A DNA stretch of 49,748 nucleotides, the filler included, from Catajapyx aquilonaris (taxonomy: Eukaryota), in the NCBI GenBank assembly GCA_000934665.2. It is 2 parts of 2 records of this genome, joined end to end, with 100 filler letters (N's around TTAATTAATTAA, not from the genome) between each part and the next. Parts side by side here need not be neighbours in the genome. Positions count along the whole stretch, not along the records: positions 24,930 to 49,748 come from KZ539354.1; 1 more part is not named here. One strand, given 5' to 3'. The notes below the pieces were generated by a model. That model was not told the origin of the DNA, searched no databases, and worked only from the letters and a program-made list of their open reading frames with translations. The translations under genes were made by a program, and so were the position numbers. This document shows, in pieces, positions 25,011-37,061 of the stretch (the first letter of the stretch is position 1; each line of letters starts with the position of its first letter).

Positions 25011-26517
25011 TTGCCACGGCAACAACGTTCGATCGAAATAAACAAAGGGGAGGCTCACCGCACTCAAGTTGACAACATCTGTCGTGAGATTCTACTTGAG
25101 ACCAATTACAACACCCAAGAACTCATCCAAGAGGTTGCTCTTACTGAACCAAAGTTGCTACCAGATCAGAGATCTGCTTATTCGACAATTGTAGACAATG
25201 TCCAGGGCCAGAAAGGCGGAGTTTTTTTCCTTGATGCACCAGGAGGAACTGGTAAAACATTTGTGACAAATCTGTTGTTGGTAAAAGTTCGTCAGGATCA
25301 ACAAATCGCACTTGCGGTTGCCTCTTCTGGCATAGCATCTACTCTTTTGCCTGGTGGGAGGCCTGCTCATGCAGCATTCAAACTTCCTCTAAATTTAGCT
25401 ACACAGGAAAATGCATCATGCAACATCAGCAAGGGCACCTGGGTGGCACAACTTTTGAGACAGTGCAGGTTAATTGTTTGGGATGAGTGCACCATGTCCC
25501 ACAAAGTAGCTTTTGAAGCTCTGGACAGGACACTGCAGGATATCCGGGAAAGCAAAACGATTATGGGCGGAGTAACTTTGTTTTTGGCTGGGGACTTCAG
25601 ACAGATATTGCCTGTTGTTCCACGAGGCACACAAGCCGATGAGATAAAAGCTTGCCTAAAGTCTTCTTATCTTTGGATTCATGTTCTAAAATTCCATCTC
25701 TCTACGAACATGAGGGCCTATCTCCTTAGCGATTACTCCTCAGAGGAATTTGCACATGACCTCTTGAAATTTTTAGGAAATGGCCAGTTTAGAACCGATG
25801 CCCTAGGAAATGTTGACATGGGATTGATCGGTACAAAGGTGTCCTCTGTCAATGAGTTGAAATTTAAGGTCTTTCCCAATCTTTGCCTCAACTACCAGAG
25901 ACACGGTTGTGTGAGAGAGCAATATTAGCTCCGAAAAACAACACCGTCAATCTTATGAACGCACAACTCCTCAACCAACTACCTGGTCCTTCCCACTGCT
26001 ACAAGTCTGTGGACACAGTCCCAGACGAGACCCAGGTGGTGCACTACCCAACAGAATTCCTTAATTCTCTAGAACCTCCTGGAGCCCCACCTAATTCTCT
26101 CACTTTAAAAATTGGTGCTCCCATTATGCTCATTCGCAGCCTGGATCCACCCCGACTCTGCAATTGGCACTAGACTTGCTGTGAAAACTCTTATGCCTCA
26201 TATTGTCATCCAGGCTACAATTCTCTCGGGATGTAGCAAGGGAGAAGATGTCCACATCCCCAGAATTCCAGTCATCCCGACAGACTTGCCATTTGAGTTC
26301 AGGAGGCTCCAATTTCCTCTAAGGTTCAGCTTCGCCATGTCCATCAATAAGTCTCAGGGGCAAACTTTGAAGGTGGCTGGGCTGCAACTGGAAGAGCCGT
26401 GCTTCTCTCACGGACAGCTGTATGTTGGAGCGTCACGTGTGGGAAGCCCTAACAGTCTATGTTTATGCACCAGATGGGAAAACTAAGAACATTGTGTACA
26501 CCGAAGCCCTAGGCTGA
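25011..26517 (+). pseudogene. Helitron RepHel PIF1-family helicase domain, frameshifted
   Basis: Motifs DAPGGTGKT (Walker A), [69 protein letters not shown] and the C-terminus KTKNIVYTEALG* (stop at 26515-26517). Frameshifts near 25900, 26165 and 26458. Homology begins around 25054. Confidence 0.93.
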
Positions 26518-26688
26518 TCATTACTTCATGACACCTTCTCTCTCTCTCGCTCTTCCTGATGCTCTTTCATGCTCACTTCCTCACATCCTAATTTGTCACA
26601 CCACAGCAGATTAGTACCATGTCACACTTCATTCACACTTATTTTTTAAAAATCAAAAAAAAAAGAAGAAGAAAAAAGCCCATCGATG

Positions 26689-26810
26689 GTATCTCCACCT
26701 TGACGTGGTGGTGGGCCTCAAGTTCTCCAGTGACTCCACAGCTGCCTGCTGGCACAGTCACCCTGCCAGGTTGGCCATTTTGGGGTTGGGGAATGACTAA
26801 GAGAGGTGCA
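26689..26810 (+). mobile_element. Fragment resembling the structured 5' end of RTE-clade LINEs
   Basis: CCACCTTGACGTGGTGGTGGG...TGA...AGCT...GTCACCC.GCCAG...GACTAAGAGAGGTG resembles, from recall, the 5' termini of RTE elements such as Expander. The two ends can base-pair. Confidence 0.45.
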
Positions 26811-26996
26811 ATTCTTTCAATGCTATTGTACATTTTACTCCACAACCTTCAATTTTTCATTACATACTTTTGCTGGATTTTGGAGGTGTATTGTGTATTT
26901 TCTTACAATCTGACATCCTTAGTGTGTTGTTTGGACTTCATGCACATGCAATATGCTCCATGTTACAGGTATGCCAACATTGTATAGCCATAATTA

Positions 26997-27291
26997 ATAA
27001 TAATTTGTACCCCGTGCTAGAGCCATGGGCTCTCTTAGGGGGGTGGGATACCACCATTTTTTTGGTCTGGAACTCTTCCTTGCATTTTTACTTTTTCTTA
27101 TTGGGGATGGGATAGGGACGGAAGGAAGCGGCTGTGGCCTATTAATTACGGACACGACCCCGGAATTGTCCTGGTGGGACCATGGGAAACCACAGAAAAC
27201 CCCGGTCAGGGTCGGCAGCCTCCGGGATTTGAACCCAGGACCTCCCGATTAGCAGTCGGATACCAAATCCCCTCCGCTACCACTGCTTCGG
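26997..27291 (-). mobile_element. tRNA-derived SINE inserted in the Helitron 3' region
   Basis: B-box GGTTCAAATCCC, central GGTTTTCTGTGGTTTCCC...AGGCCACAGCCGCTTCCTTCC domain and (TTA)n tail. 16-bp TSD TGTATAGCCATAATTA at 26981-26996 and 27292-27307. The empty site is seen in the sister Helitron end near 32680. Confidence 0.9.
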
Positions 27292-27849
27292 TGTATAGCC
27301 ATAATTATTTCAAAGGTAACTACCAAATCAACGAGTTACTCCTATGGAAAAGTATTTCATAACCCCAGCAACGCCGGGTATCCTGCTAGTCTAATCTAAA
27401 TGCAGGATGGGGAAAATGTTTTTATCTCCCTCTCTCCCTCTCCCACTGCAATATTTCTCTTGAGAAATGACAAATCTTTCACTTTGTTGCTCAAGCCTCA
27501 CACCACAAGGACAAAGCCTACCAACAGCTAATTCATATTTCTATGTATGAGGGTTGGAACCGAAGTCATGGTACATACTTTAAACAAACACCTGAGTCTT
27601 TATAAGGATGAACAGAATGTTGTTTTATATCTCTGCCCAAGTTCTAAGCATATCTCATGAGATAAAAATACAATGCAAATTAAGAAAAGAATGGGGACAC
27701 ATAAGAAGAATGACACCCCCTCCTACTCCCACACACGAAACAATGTGAAATCTGTGAATTCCAACTAAAAAATTCTCTCAGCTCTCCCACCTTATGGCAA
27801 AACGCTATATATGCACTTTTGGCCAAAGTGCATTTTATTAGATACCGTA

Positions 27850-27880
27850 CTAGCAGCAAAGCCTGTTCTTCGCACGGCCT
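27850..27880 (-). mobile_element. Helitron-type 3' terminus (second family)
   Basis: The minus strand reads CCGTGCGAAGAACAGG...GCTGCTAG|T. The hairpin motif recurs at ~28182 and the full terminus at 49641-49670. Confidence 0.6.
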
Positions 27881-28237
27881 GTTTCCATGGTTTGATTCCA
27901 TGGAGACCCATTGCCATGGACAAACAGACAAACTTTCCTTTACACTTGTTGTAAGATTAGTAGGGTACCCATTCTTCACACGGGAATTGATAAAGTTATT
28001 GAGTAAATGGAAGAAGTTCATAAATATATGCATAACTAATTATTCACTGAGGTAAGTCAGACATGATGTGCAATGCTGCGGGTTCACTGGAGTGATGACT
28101 TTGAACATGTGTCACATGAGTATGTCTTGGCCTATGTAAGGGTGTGCAGCAGCCAGAATTGTAATGAATTTATGGCGGGGAACCCGTTCTTCGCACGGTG
28201 ATTGATAAATAAATGAAGTTTGTAAAACCTGCATATA

Positions 28238-28434
28238 CAGCGTGCTCATGAATTCATCTACAAAAATGGTATGGGTGGAAGGGGGTGCGTATAAGGTAGA
28301 GGCAAGGCATGGGCTCGAAAGGCCTTCGACGCTGGAGAGGTAAAAGTCGTCATTGGTCTTTCCAACTCATGCCTTGCCTCTGCGCATTCCTTACCACCCG
28401 TATCATTTTGGCAGATGAATTCATGAACATGCTG
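28238..28434. mobile_element. Tc1/mariner-type MITE
   Basis: TA|CAGCGTGCTCATGAATTCATCT ... AGATGAATTCATGAACATGCTG|TA; imperfectly palindromic throughout. Confidence 0.75.
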
Positions 28435-29733
28435 TAAAGTGAGCTAAATCAGAGGGACTGTAAATGCACAGGAGTGATGGCTTCACACATGTCACATGAG
28501 CAATACCTCTTGTGGCCCAAATAAGGGTGTGCAGCAGCCAGTATTATTTTCATGAGATTACACTACGAAATTACAATGTGTGCAGCAGTGTACATCTAAA
28601 ACTGCAGAGCACAGCACAGCATGACCAACAGACGACAACTCCATACAGAACATCTATGCCTAACTCTGATGCACATTTCTTTCCGAGCAGGCATACCTGA
28701 TTGGGTTCAGAGAATTACAAAACTCATTAATTACTGCACTCTTTCCACTGACAAAATAATGAAGTGACTCTGTTGCAATGACATGATGTACCGGTAGTAG
28801 TTTTATATTGAATCTATATTAACTGATGTGTCGATACTTGAAGCAGGCCCGGCGGAACGGGGGGAGNNNNNNNNNNNNNNNNNAGGCAGGTGGCAGCACC
28901 AAGTGTATCACCTCAGTAATCACTTCCAATTTCATTATAACCATGTTTTTTTCTAACGGCCGCGCTGTTGCGCGGCCTTGTTTCATATAAAACTCACACC
29001 ATCATGTAACACACATAGTCTTTGGAACTGTCCCAGACGCTATACTGATCGGAAACACTCATCGAGAGGGGGAACACCAACTCAAAGGTCTCCATCTATC
29101 ACCCCCTATAACGCCTAACCCCTGGCCTAACCATCACATCTTTCTGCCCAGGGGCCGTTCAGGAGCTCAAAAAATCATTTCTGCCTTTCCTTTCACCAAT
29201 TTGCCAAACAACAATAAGGTTATTACTAGTCCACATCGCGGAGTAGAAAACCAGAATCAGCCACAACGTCTTATGGGCATTTTCTGAACCATTCGCATTT
29301 CGGCATTTTTGTTAAGTCAAAAACGCTATGTACGCTTTGAAAACGAGCCGGGGGGGGGGGGGGGGGGGGGNGTTATTAATACAAAATAGTTTCTCCCATG
29401 CCCCCCCCAAATAGAAATACGTTCCGCCGCCGTTGACTTGAAGGCAGGATAAGTTCCACAAAACTAATCAGGATTGACTTTTTCAAAGTGATATGCCAGG
29501 GAATTTGCATACCAAAGTGTAACGTTGTGCATTTAATAATAATTACGTTAATTCTTGTTCTCTTATCAACCACTTGTATAACCCTTTCACCGATTATAAT
29601 TATCATTGGATCATTATTGAGCTCACTGTCATAATTCTGTTGTCCCTTTTCACGTTGTGATTTTTCTCTCTCTAACACCATCTCCAATACTGTGTGATAC
29701 TGTGTGACCATACTCACTCCACTTATTACCTGT

Positions 29734-29879
29734 GTATCAACGGTTCAAAAAGAATTGTCCCTCACGTCGAGCGGGCAGCCACGCGTCAGGATGAAAGGAA
29801 TCAGTTAACTGGTCGCTTTCATCCTGACGCGTGGCTGCCCGCTCGACGCGAGGGACAATTCTTTTTGGACTGATGATAC
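29734..29879. mobile_element. 146-bp hairpin MITE, copy 1
   Basis: GTATCA..GTTCAAAAAGAATTGTCCCTC.CGTCGAGCGGGCAGCCACGCGTCAGGATGAAAG and its near-perfect inverse. Second copy at 43702-43809. Confidence 0.85.
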
Positions 29880-30279
29880 CATACTCCTCTCTCTATTACA
29901 CAGTGGGGTTGGCTGAATCCCTTATTAACAACGCGTTTCGCCACAAAAAATCAAGTTCCCTAACAAATGCTCCTACTATATTAATTTTGCCACTGCACCC
30001 CCTTAAGGAGGAGCAAGGTGGTGTCTTTTGGCAACTGATCTGACCGAGACCTGCACCTGTTGAGGTCTGACCTGCTATGTGGTCTGAGACCCGTGCCTGG
30101 GACGAACTGCGTGATTTGTTTGGAAAACCCACGGGAAATCCAAGTAGGAAAGCCAGGAATACCACCTATATACTGGTAAAAACCATTAGCAACCTGCCCA
30201 TGGTTGTCGTTGACAGCAGTTGCCACGGCCATTCTAAAACGTGACATTGTTATAAGTACAACCACTCTCGTTTATACTA

Positions 30280-30871
30280 CAGTAAAACTTCTATAAGTCG
30301 AACTTCCCTAAGTCGAAGTTCTCTATAAGTTGAAGACAATGACGCTTGGTTGGTCACAATGTAAAATAATAGGAAATAAACTTCTCTAACTCGAATTTCT
30401 ATAACTTGAAGTTCTCCATAACTCGAAGTGCAGGCAGGGCCTTACCATGGGATATCAATGCATTTTCAGTCTCCCCAAGTCGAAGTTCCTGTTGGCGAGT
30501 ACGGAAAACTTTCTCATTTCCCAGCCGAAGGGTCGAGAGTAGGCCACAGAAATGCTCAAATTCCTGATCTTGGTCTACCCGACATACCGAAAGAATTGTT
30601 TGACTCGATTGTGACAATTGAATCCTTGAATCTAAGAGTAGGCAAATGTCCATCACAGAGATTTTTTTACAACAAAACAACGAGGAACATTGTAATTGTG
30701 ATAGTGACAGTTATTTCAAAGTTTTGAACACCTTTCGCCGCTGGATATAAAGGTAGGCTTCCTTATATAGTTATGTGCTTTAAAAAAATCCGAACTTCTC
30801 TAACTCGAATCTTCTATAACTCGAAGTTTTTTTCCGGTCCCACGGAGATTCGACTTACAGAAGTTTTACTG
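30280..30871. mobile_element. pogo/Tigger-like non-autonomous DNA transposon
   Basis: TA|CAGTAAAACTTCTATAAGTCGAA ... TTCGACTTACAGAAGTTTTACTG|TA, with subterminal (TA)ACTCGAA repeats. Confidence 0.85.
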
Positions 30872-31019
30872 TAATTGGGAATGGCTATACCAAATATTGC
30901 ATGTGCATGAAGTCCAAACAACCCACTATGGATGTCAGATTGTAAGCTCTGCTATGCTGGAGCTGCTACATTCTACATTTACTTCTACATTTACAGCACA
31001 ACCTTCAATTTTTCATAAT

Positions 31020-31725
31020 ATGGAAGCCTCGGGAGAAAAAGGTGATAACCACCAGTGGAGTAGTTTCGAGATACAGGCTTTTGTCACGTTTGAGTGAAAA
31101 TACCTCTTCTGCTTTAATTTTTTATCCCAAATGATATTGATACATTTGATGTACATCTAATTACGTATGTAACTGTTATTTTGTTGTCATTTTTTCCTAT
31201 GAAAATTAGTTTAAATTAATTTTTATCTAAACATCAACACAAAAATGTTGCTTAACATGTTTTACTGCAGTTTTATTATTTCTCGATAATATGCTTGGAT
31301 TTCGTCTTTTTCAACACGAACTACTGTAATCATAAGGCTTTTCACAAAACAGAGGTCTATAGCACACATTTAATATTACTCTGATAATGGGAAGGGCTCG
31401 GGAGAAAAATATGTCAGTGGAGTAGTTTCCAGATACAGGCTTCTGTCATGTTTGAATGCAAATTCATATTCTGCTTGAATTTTTTATCCCAAAACAAATT
31501 GATACATTTGCTGTACTTGTAATTACTGTTGATTTTTTGTTATTTTGTTCATCTGAAAATGAGTTTGAATTAATTTTTTTCTAAACATCAACACAAAAGA
31601 GGTTGCTGAACATGTTTTACTGCAGTTTTATTATTTCTCAATAATAAGCTTGGATTTCCTTTTTTTCAACACGAATTACTGTAATCATAAGCTTCTTCAC
31701 AAAACAGAGGTCTATAGCACACCTT
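31020..31725. repeat. Tandem duplication of a ~370-bp AT-rich unit, probably Helitron-internal
   Basis: CTCGGGAGAAAAA...CAGTGGAGTAGTTTC.AGATACAGGCTT...CACAAAACAGAGGTCTATAGCACAC occurs twice. The adjacent 30895-30946 is the reverse complement of the Helitron subterminal block. Confidence 0.8.
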
Positions 31726-31739
31726 TATTAATCGGATAA

Positions 31740-31880
31740 CGAGCCTTCAGCTTTTTCATCATCAGTGGCTTCCAAATCGTTATAAAAAGAAGCGTAAAAA
31801 GGTTGAATCCACTTCATACAATCTTGAATATCTTGTAATTTTGCCCTAGGTCCATGATATTTTTTTGGGAGGTCAAGGGC
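31740..31880 (-). pseudogene. Possible relic of a Sola-like transposase C-terminus
   Basis: The minus strand encodes LDLPKKYHGPRAKLQDIQDCMKWIQPFYASFYNDL, resembling the K..D...L..IP..Y..FY..L tail of Sola-type proteins (by recall only). Confidence 0.3.
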
Positions 31881-32559
31881 GGACATAAGACATACGGTGC
31901 CCGAGTTGTCTTCTAAAGTGTAGGGTGCGGAACATGTTGGAGTTGTATGAATCTGATGTTTGTATTATTATGAAGCATGGAGGTGTCCTCCAGTGGGCAG
32001 GTGGGTAGTACCCTAATGAGTTTCCGTGGGGAAAAATAATAATCTTGTCTGATACTTTTTTCACAGCCCACTGGCGGTTAACACATTTTACTACAGAGCC
32101 CTTCAAAAACCATGCCTGACAGACATGCGTTCTTAAATCAGCCAGAAAATAACGATCATCAACTTTTTACATCAATAATAGATAGTCAAGGCCACCACGG
32201 GCATTTGTGGATTAGTCCCCTAGCAATTTCGGGTGGCACTCCTGCTCCACCGTTTCCGCAGAGTCGCTGCGAAAATGTTTAGCAGCTCCGCATGAAAGTC
32301 AAAAGTAGCAGCAGGATATTCCGATATTCGGAAAAAAATGCCGTGGCACAATACTGGAGCCAATGTTGCTGGCGGTTAGCATGTTTTTCTTCAAAATGTT
32401 GGCGCTTAACATAAATTACAACTGCTTCTGAGCCGTCTGTTTTTCAAAAGTTGAATAAGATTACTACATAAAGTAGTTCCTTTGGGAATGTACTACACGA
32501 CGCTGGTTGTAACTCGAAAGTGATAAATGTGGCGCTTATCATGTTTTTCTCCCGAGCCC

Positions 32560-32757
32560 TCCATATACTTTTGCTGGATTTTGTGTATTGTGTGTATTTT
32601 CTTACAATCTGACATCTGTAGTGTTTAGTTTGGACTTCATGCAGATGCAATAAGCTCCATGTTACAGGTATGCCAACATTGTATAGCCATAATTATTGCA
32701 AGGGTAACTCCTATGGAAAGTATTTCATAACCCGAGCAATGCCCGGTATCCTGCTAG
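32560..32757 (+). mobile_element. Second copy of the Helitron 3' end (same family as the end at 27389)
   Basis: Shares ~190 bp with 26862-26996 plus 27308-27389. Ends CCCGAGCAATGCCCGGTATCCTGCTAG|T. Confidence 0.85.
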
Positions 32758-32849
32758 TCACATAAAAAATCAGTCTCAATTTCTTTTGAGTAGCCCTGGT
32801 AATTTCAACCTATTTTAGCCTCTCCTGTAAAATTTCTAAAATTGTCTAT

Positions 32850-33388
32850 TGTAATGGATGAGAAATAACATGGTGACCATTTGTCAAAGGTGACAGGTCC
32901 AGGGTGTATCAGGCACTGACTCTCAAGTCACGCAGTGTGACAAATTAGGTGAATCAGGAATGAGCAAGGGATACAATAAAAGGGGGATCCGAAAAGACAG
33001 GAGAGAGGGAGAGAGAGAGAGAGAGTCCAAGACACACACAAGAGCCAGGGAAGACGAGGGCCCATGTATGGCCTGACGAGGAGTCAGAGGAGGACGGGAC
33101 CCAGGAGCTCGGAGAAGACTGGGGCCAGGCGACGACCCTCAAGCAAAGACAGTTGAGTGGTCCCAAGGGACCATGTGTGGTTGTGTTGTGTATGGCTGTT
33201 GAGCCCTGCTATTGTTACATCCAGAGGACAAATTAAAGGAAAGGTAAGAGCAACCTCCCAGTCGTGATTTACCGGAAAGTGCCCCCAACCCATTGTGGTC
33301 CGGCACCTTACCTGCGGATCCCATCCCAACTGTCCCGTACCATCCTGTCCCCAAACCCATCCTTATCCACCCCCATTTCCCTGTTACA
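32850..33388. mobile_element. Solo LTR (539 bp), Gypsy-like
   Basis: TGTAA...TTACA termini, 4-bp TSD CTAT at 32846-32849 and 33389-33392, no internal coding region. Confidence 0.8.
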
Positions 33389-34016
33389 CTATTCACCCTT
33401 TCTCCTTAAAGGTGACGATATAAGCCTATACCTTAACATTTAGAGTTCTAGACTTATTGTGGACTGTAATCATGCCAACCTCCACTGATTACACATGCAC
33501 ATGCTAAAATCTGTGTGTGTGTTTTTTTTGTTTTTTTCCCCCCATCTCCACACTGGCATATGGTGGTCCTTGAGGTGGCAGGAACAAAATTTTGAAATGG
33601 CTGTAGATTACATGTGGGTCAAGTTTATCCAACTTTATTTATGATCGTATCATATCAATTTGAAAAATGTGAAGGGGTAACAGGACTCTTAGTCAGCCAT
33701 ATACATTGAAACACACAATTCTTTTGAAACAATCAATCCAAATACAAAGAACAATATTATTATGAAGTGTAGCACATTGATTTCGATCCGAATTCTACAA
33801 GAACATCTCTCCAGCACCTATTGTGCACGACTGATTTATTACTAAATAATATTGAAACAACAAACTGGGAAGGAGGTCCAAGTACCAGTAATGAATCCTT
33901 CAGGAATGGGTGAAGGCATAACATCTACAGATGATAAATGGAGGAGGCTGATGTGGGAGGCAAGCACAAATCATCTTATTCTTGTATCTTGCCAAAAATG
34001 ATACATAACAATAATA

Positions 34017-35024
34017 CAGGGGTTAGACAAAATAATGGGGTACCCTGCCAAAAGCAGGTGAATTTTCACCTCCATTGTATTCAAAAACTGGAAAGGTTAG
34101 AAGACAACTTTTACTGTTTTTTGAAGCTCTATTGATGTACTATATCGCTCAAAAAGATAGAGACGATTGGCATTTGATTCAAGTGCAAGTTGCACTTGAG
34201 TCAAATGCAAAATCGTCTCTATCTTTTTGGGCGATATAGTACATTTGTTGAGGTATTCAGATGGCGCAAAAATCACAAGGGGAGAGAAACAAAAGACGAA
34301 CGACCCCCCCCCCCCCNNNNNNNNNNNNNNNCCATTTTTGACCAAAGTGTCCCACCCTTTTCATTTGAAAACGAAAACTGTTATGGATATGAACTTTACT
34401 GGGTTTTGAAGCTGTAGCGATGTCACTTTGTCCCGGTATAGAGATGGACCAAAATTACTGACGGGGTACGGGGGACGGGGAAAGAATAGAAACGACACCC
34501 CCCTTCCAACCTCTCCTCAGATTTAGTGCCGGGGAAGGGGGATGCCGTTTCTATTTTTTCCTCCGCCCCCTGTAGGTAATTTTGGTCCATCTCCATACCA
34601 CACAAAGTGACATCGATAGAGCTTAAAAAGCCAGTAAAGTTCATATCTGTAACTGTTTTCGTTTTCAAATGAAAAGGGTGGGGCACTTTGGTCAAAAATG
34701 GGGTCTGGGGGGNTTTGTTTCTCTCCCCTTGTGATTTTTGCGCCATCTGAATACCTCAACAAATGTACCATATCGCCCAAAAAGATAGAGACGATTTTGC
34801 ATTTGACTCAAGTGCAACTTGCACTTGAATCAAATGCTCGTCGTCTTTCGTTTCTCCCCCTCCTCTTGTGATTTTTGTGACATCTTCATGTCCGTAAATG
34901 TATATCGATAGAGCTTCAGAAATCAGTAAAGGTCATCTCTATAACTTATCCAGTTTTCGAGTACAATGGAGGAGAAAATTCACCCGCTTTTTGCAGGGGC
35001 CCCCGTTTTTTTGTCTTACCCCTG
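34017..35024. mobile_element. Tc1-like foldback element with very long (~450 bp) inverted arms
   Basis: TA|CAGGGGTTAGACAAAA ... TTTTGTCTTACCCCTG|TA. The arms 34017-~34465 and ~34570-35024 are inverted copies. Confidence 0.85.
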
Positions 35025-35269
35025 TATGTTGAACTGTTCATTGAAAGAACACAAGACTTTACAAGTCTAAAATATGCATATTAATTTGTGACATACAACC
35101 TACATTTTTAGATCTTAAAACCATGACTTGTATCCCTGTCAGAAACCATGACTTGTATCCCTGTCAGAGCATCAATTTTGGATGTATTATTCTGCACGTT
35201 TACCACTGAGCTAAAATTCACCTTCACATTACGTATGATACATTATTATCGGCACATTAGCTTACACTA

Positions 35270-35614
35270 CAGGTTGAGAATCCTTAACCGAAATCCCAAA
35301 AACCAAAAATGTCCAGAATTCGCAACATTTTTGAGTGCTGCCATGACACGGCACAAATGGAAATTCCTCATAACTGTAATAAAACCAGCATCATTACCTG
35401 TATTTGTATGTACACAAAATTATTAACAATTTATATAAAACTACCTTCAGGGTTTATGTGAAACCTACACAATAAAATGTAAATTGATATCATGTTGAGG
35501 CTTAGGTCCCATCCCAAAGCTGTCCCATTTGATAGATTCAAATATACAAATATTCCAAAATCCAAAACACTTCATTATGGTTCTAAGCATTTCAGATAAA
35601 GGATTCTCAACCAG
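35270..35614. mobile_element. Tigger4/Zombi (MER46)-like MITE
   Basis: TA|CAGGTTGAGAATCC ... AAGCATTTCAGATAAAGGATTCTCAACCAG|TA. Internal blocks TTTTTGAGTGCTGCCATGAC, CACAAAATTATTAA, TACCTTCAGG, GGTCCCATCCC and CAAATATTCCAAAATCC are collinear with the mammalian Tigger4b consensus as recalled. Confidence 0.75.
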
Positions 35615-35865
35615 TATTTTATTTCAAGCAAATGTTATTTTTACGTCTAAAATCAGTACTGTTTAATATTATCCAAATAAGTTGATGCCCTGTTCAGACA
35701 TGTCACTAAATTTTGCAGCAAAGATCTAATCCCACAATTTTAGGTTCATTAGCAAGATAAAATGGGATTACTGCACTTGATTTCAGGTCCATCCTGTAAT
35801 ACACTTGAAAGATCACTAATACAGGGTGTTTCAAGTATGTAGGTCATTTTATTTATAGGAAATTT

Positions 35866-36143
35866 AACCGAAGCAGTTTGGAGGAGGGGATATGGTGTCC
35901 GACTGCTAATCGGGAGGTCCTGGGATCAAATCCCGTGGCCGGCAACTCTGACCGTGGTTTTCTGTGGTTTCCCACGGTCCTTCCAGGAAAATTCTGGAGT
36001 TGCTTCCGTAATTAATAGGCCACAGCCACTTCCTTCCATACCTATCCTATCCCAAAGAGCACAGTAAAAATGATAGCAAAGAGTTCCAAGCAAAACAAAC
36101 TTCCCCCCTAAAGAGCCGATGGCTGATAACGGGGTATGAATTA

Positions 36144-36214
<71 letters not shown>
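35866..36214 (+). mobile_element. tRNA-derived SINE (same family as 26997-27291) with an expanded (TTA)n tail
   Basis: CCGAAGCAGT...CCGACTGCTAATCGGGAGGTCCTGGGATCAAATCCC head, the same central domain and a long TTA tract. TSD TATTTATAGGAAATTT at 35850-35865 and 36215-36230. Confidence 0.9.
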
Positions 36215-36218
<4 letters not shown>

Positions 36219-37061
36219 TATAGGAAATTTCATTCCAAGCTGTTATTTTTTTTGTAGCTTGTTGTGCTCCTATCAAGGTACCCTATTACATAGCAACTGC
36301 TATATCCGACCATATAAAAGTAATTGGGCACCTGGATCGGGGCATGAAAAGCTACACAAAAATTACTTTGGGTGATATTAGCAACATCTTAAAATGACCC
36401 TGGCTGTTGGAACAATCTCTATACCCCCTCCTCTAAAAGTAGACATGGGTAAAACTAGCCCCATGCAACTCCCACCCTTTCCTTACAGTGACGGAAGAGT
36501 ACTTACAAAGTGTTCGCTGGCGCTGGTGTTGCTCACCGGGGTGATATTGGTTGCCAGGCGAACTCGGGGAAATGCCTCTGAACCAACCCAAACCGTCAAT
36601 ACTCAGTACAGCACACTCAGCCCCCTTCCACAGATTCGCACACAGACACATGAGTGAGTCTGGCAACACGCACGCCCCAGTGAGCGACGCCAGCACCAAA
36701 TTCCAGGCTGGCAAAGACTCTCTAATTAAACTACCATATCGTAGGAATTGGGTAGGTCTGGGTTAAACACAGGACATAGATGAGACACAATGAATTATTA
36801 TCAGGTGCCTGGGTAGGGAATCACGCCCATATGATAGAGAACTCTGTTCCTCTCTTTGCTGACAAGACAAGGGTACCATATTGGAGTATGTTTTACCTTA
36901 TCTCCTTAGGCAACAATACATGCCAGCTCTCTTGAATTAAACTTTGTTCAACAAATGTAACCCTGCCTGTCTTTTCCACTATCAATTCACACCAAAATAC
37001 TGTGCATTACTAGATAAAAGTTGGGATTACAAAAAAGAACACCTCCACCAGTGATACTCAC

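Larger units (their letters stand above)
24930..27389 (+). mobile_element. 5'-truncated Helitron (helicase region to 3' CTAG end)
   Basis: PIF1 helicase relic followed by a 3' terminal imperfect hairpin CCCCAGCAACGCCGGG and CTAG|T (27386-27389, T at 27390). The Rep domain is absent, and the 5' limit is uncertain because 24930-25053 may be unrelated sequence. Confidence 0.85.

Noticed and set aside
25011..26517. Host PIF1 or domesticated helicase functionally linked to the Dnmt3-like gene
   Set aside because: It is intronless, has three frameshifts and is followed by a Helitron 3' terminus, so it is a decayed transposon.
36136..36375. Poly-leucine ORF resembling a signal peptide
   Set aside because: It is the translation of the SINE (TTA)n tail.
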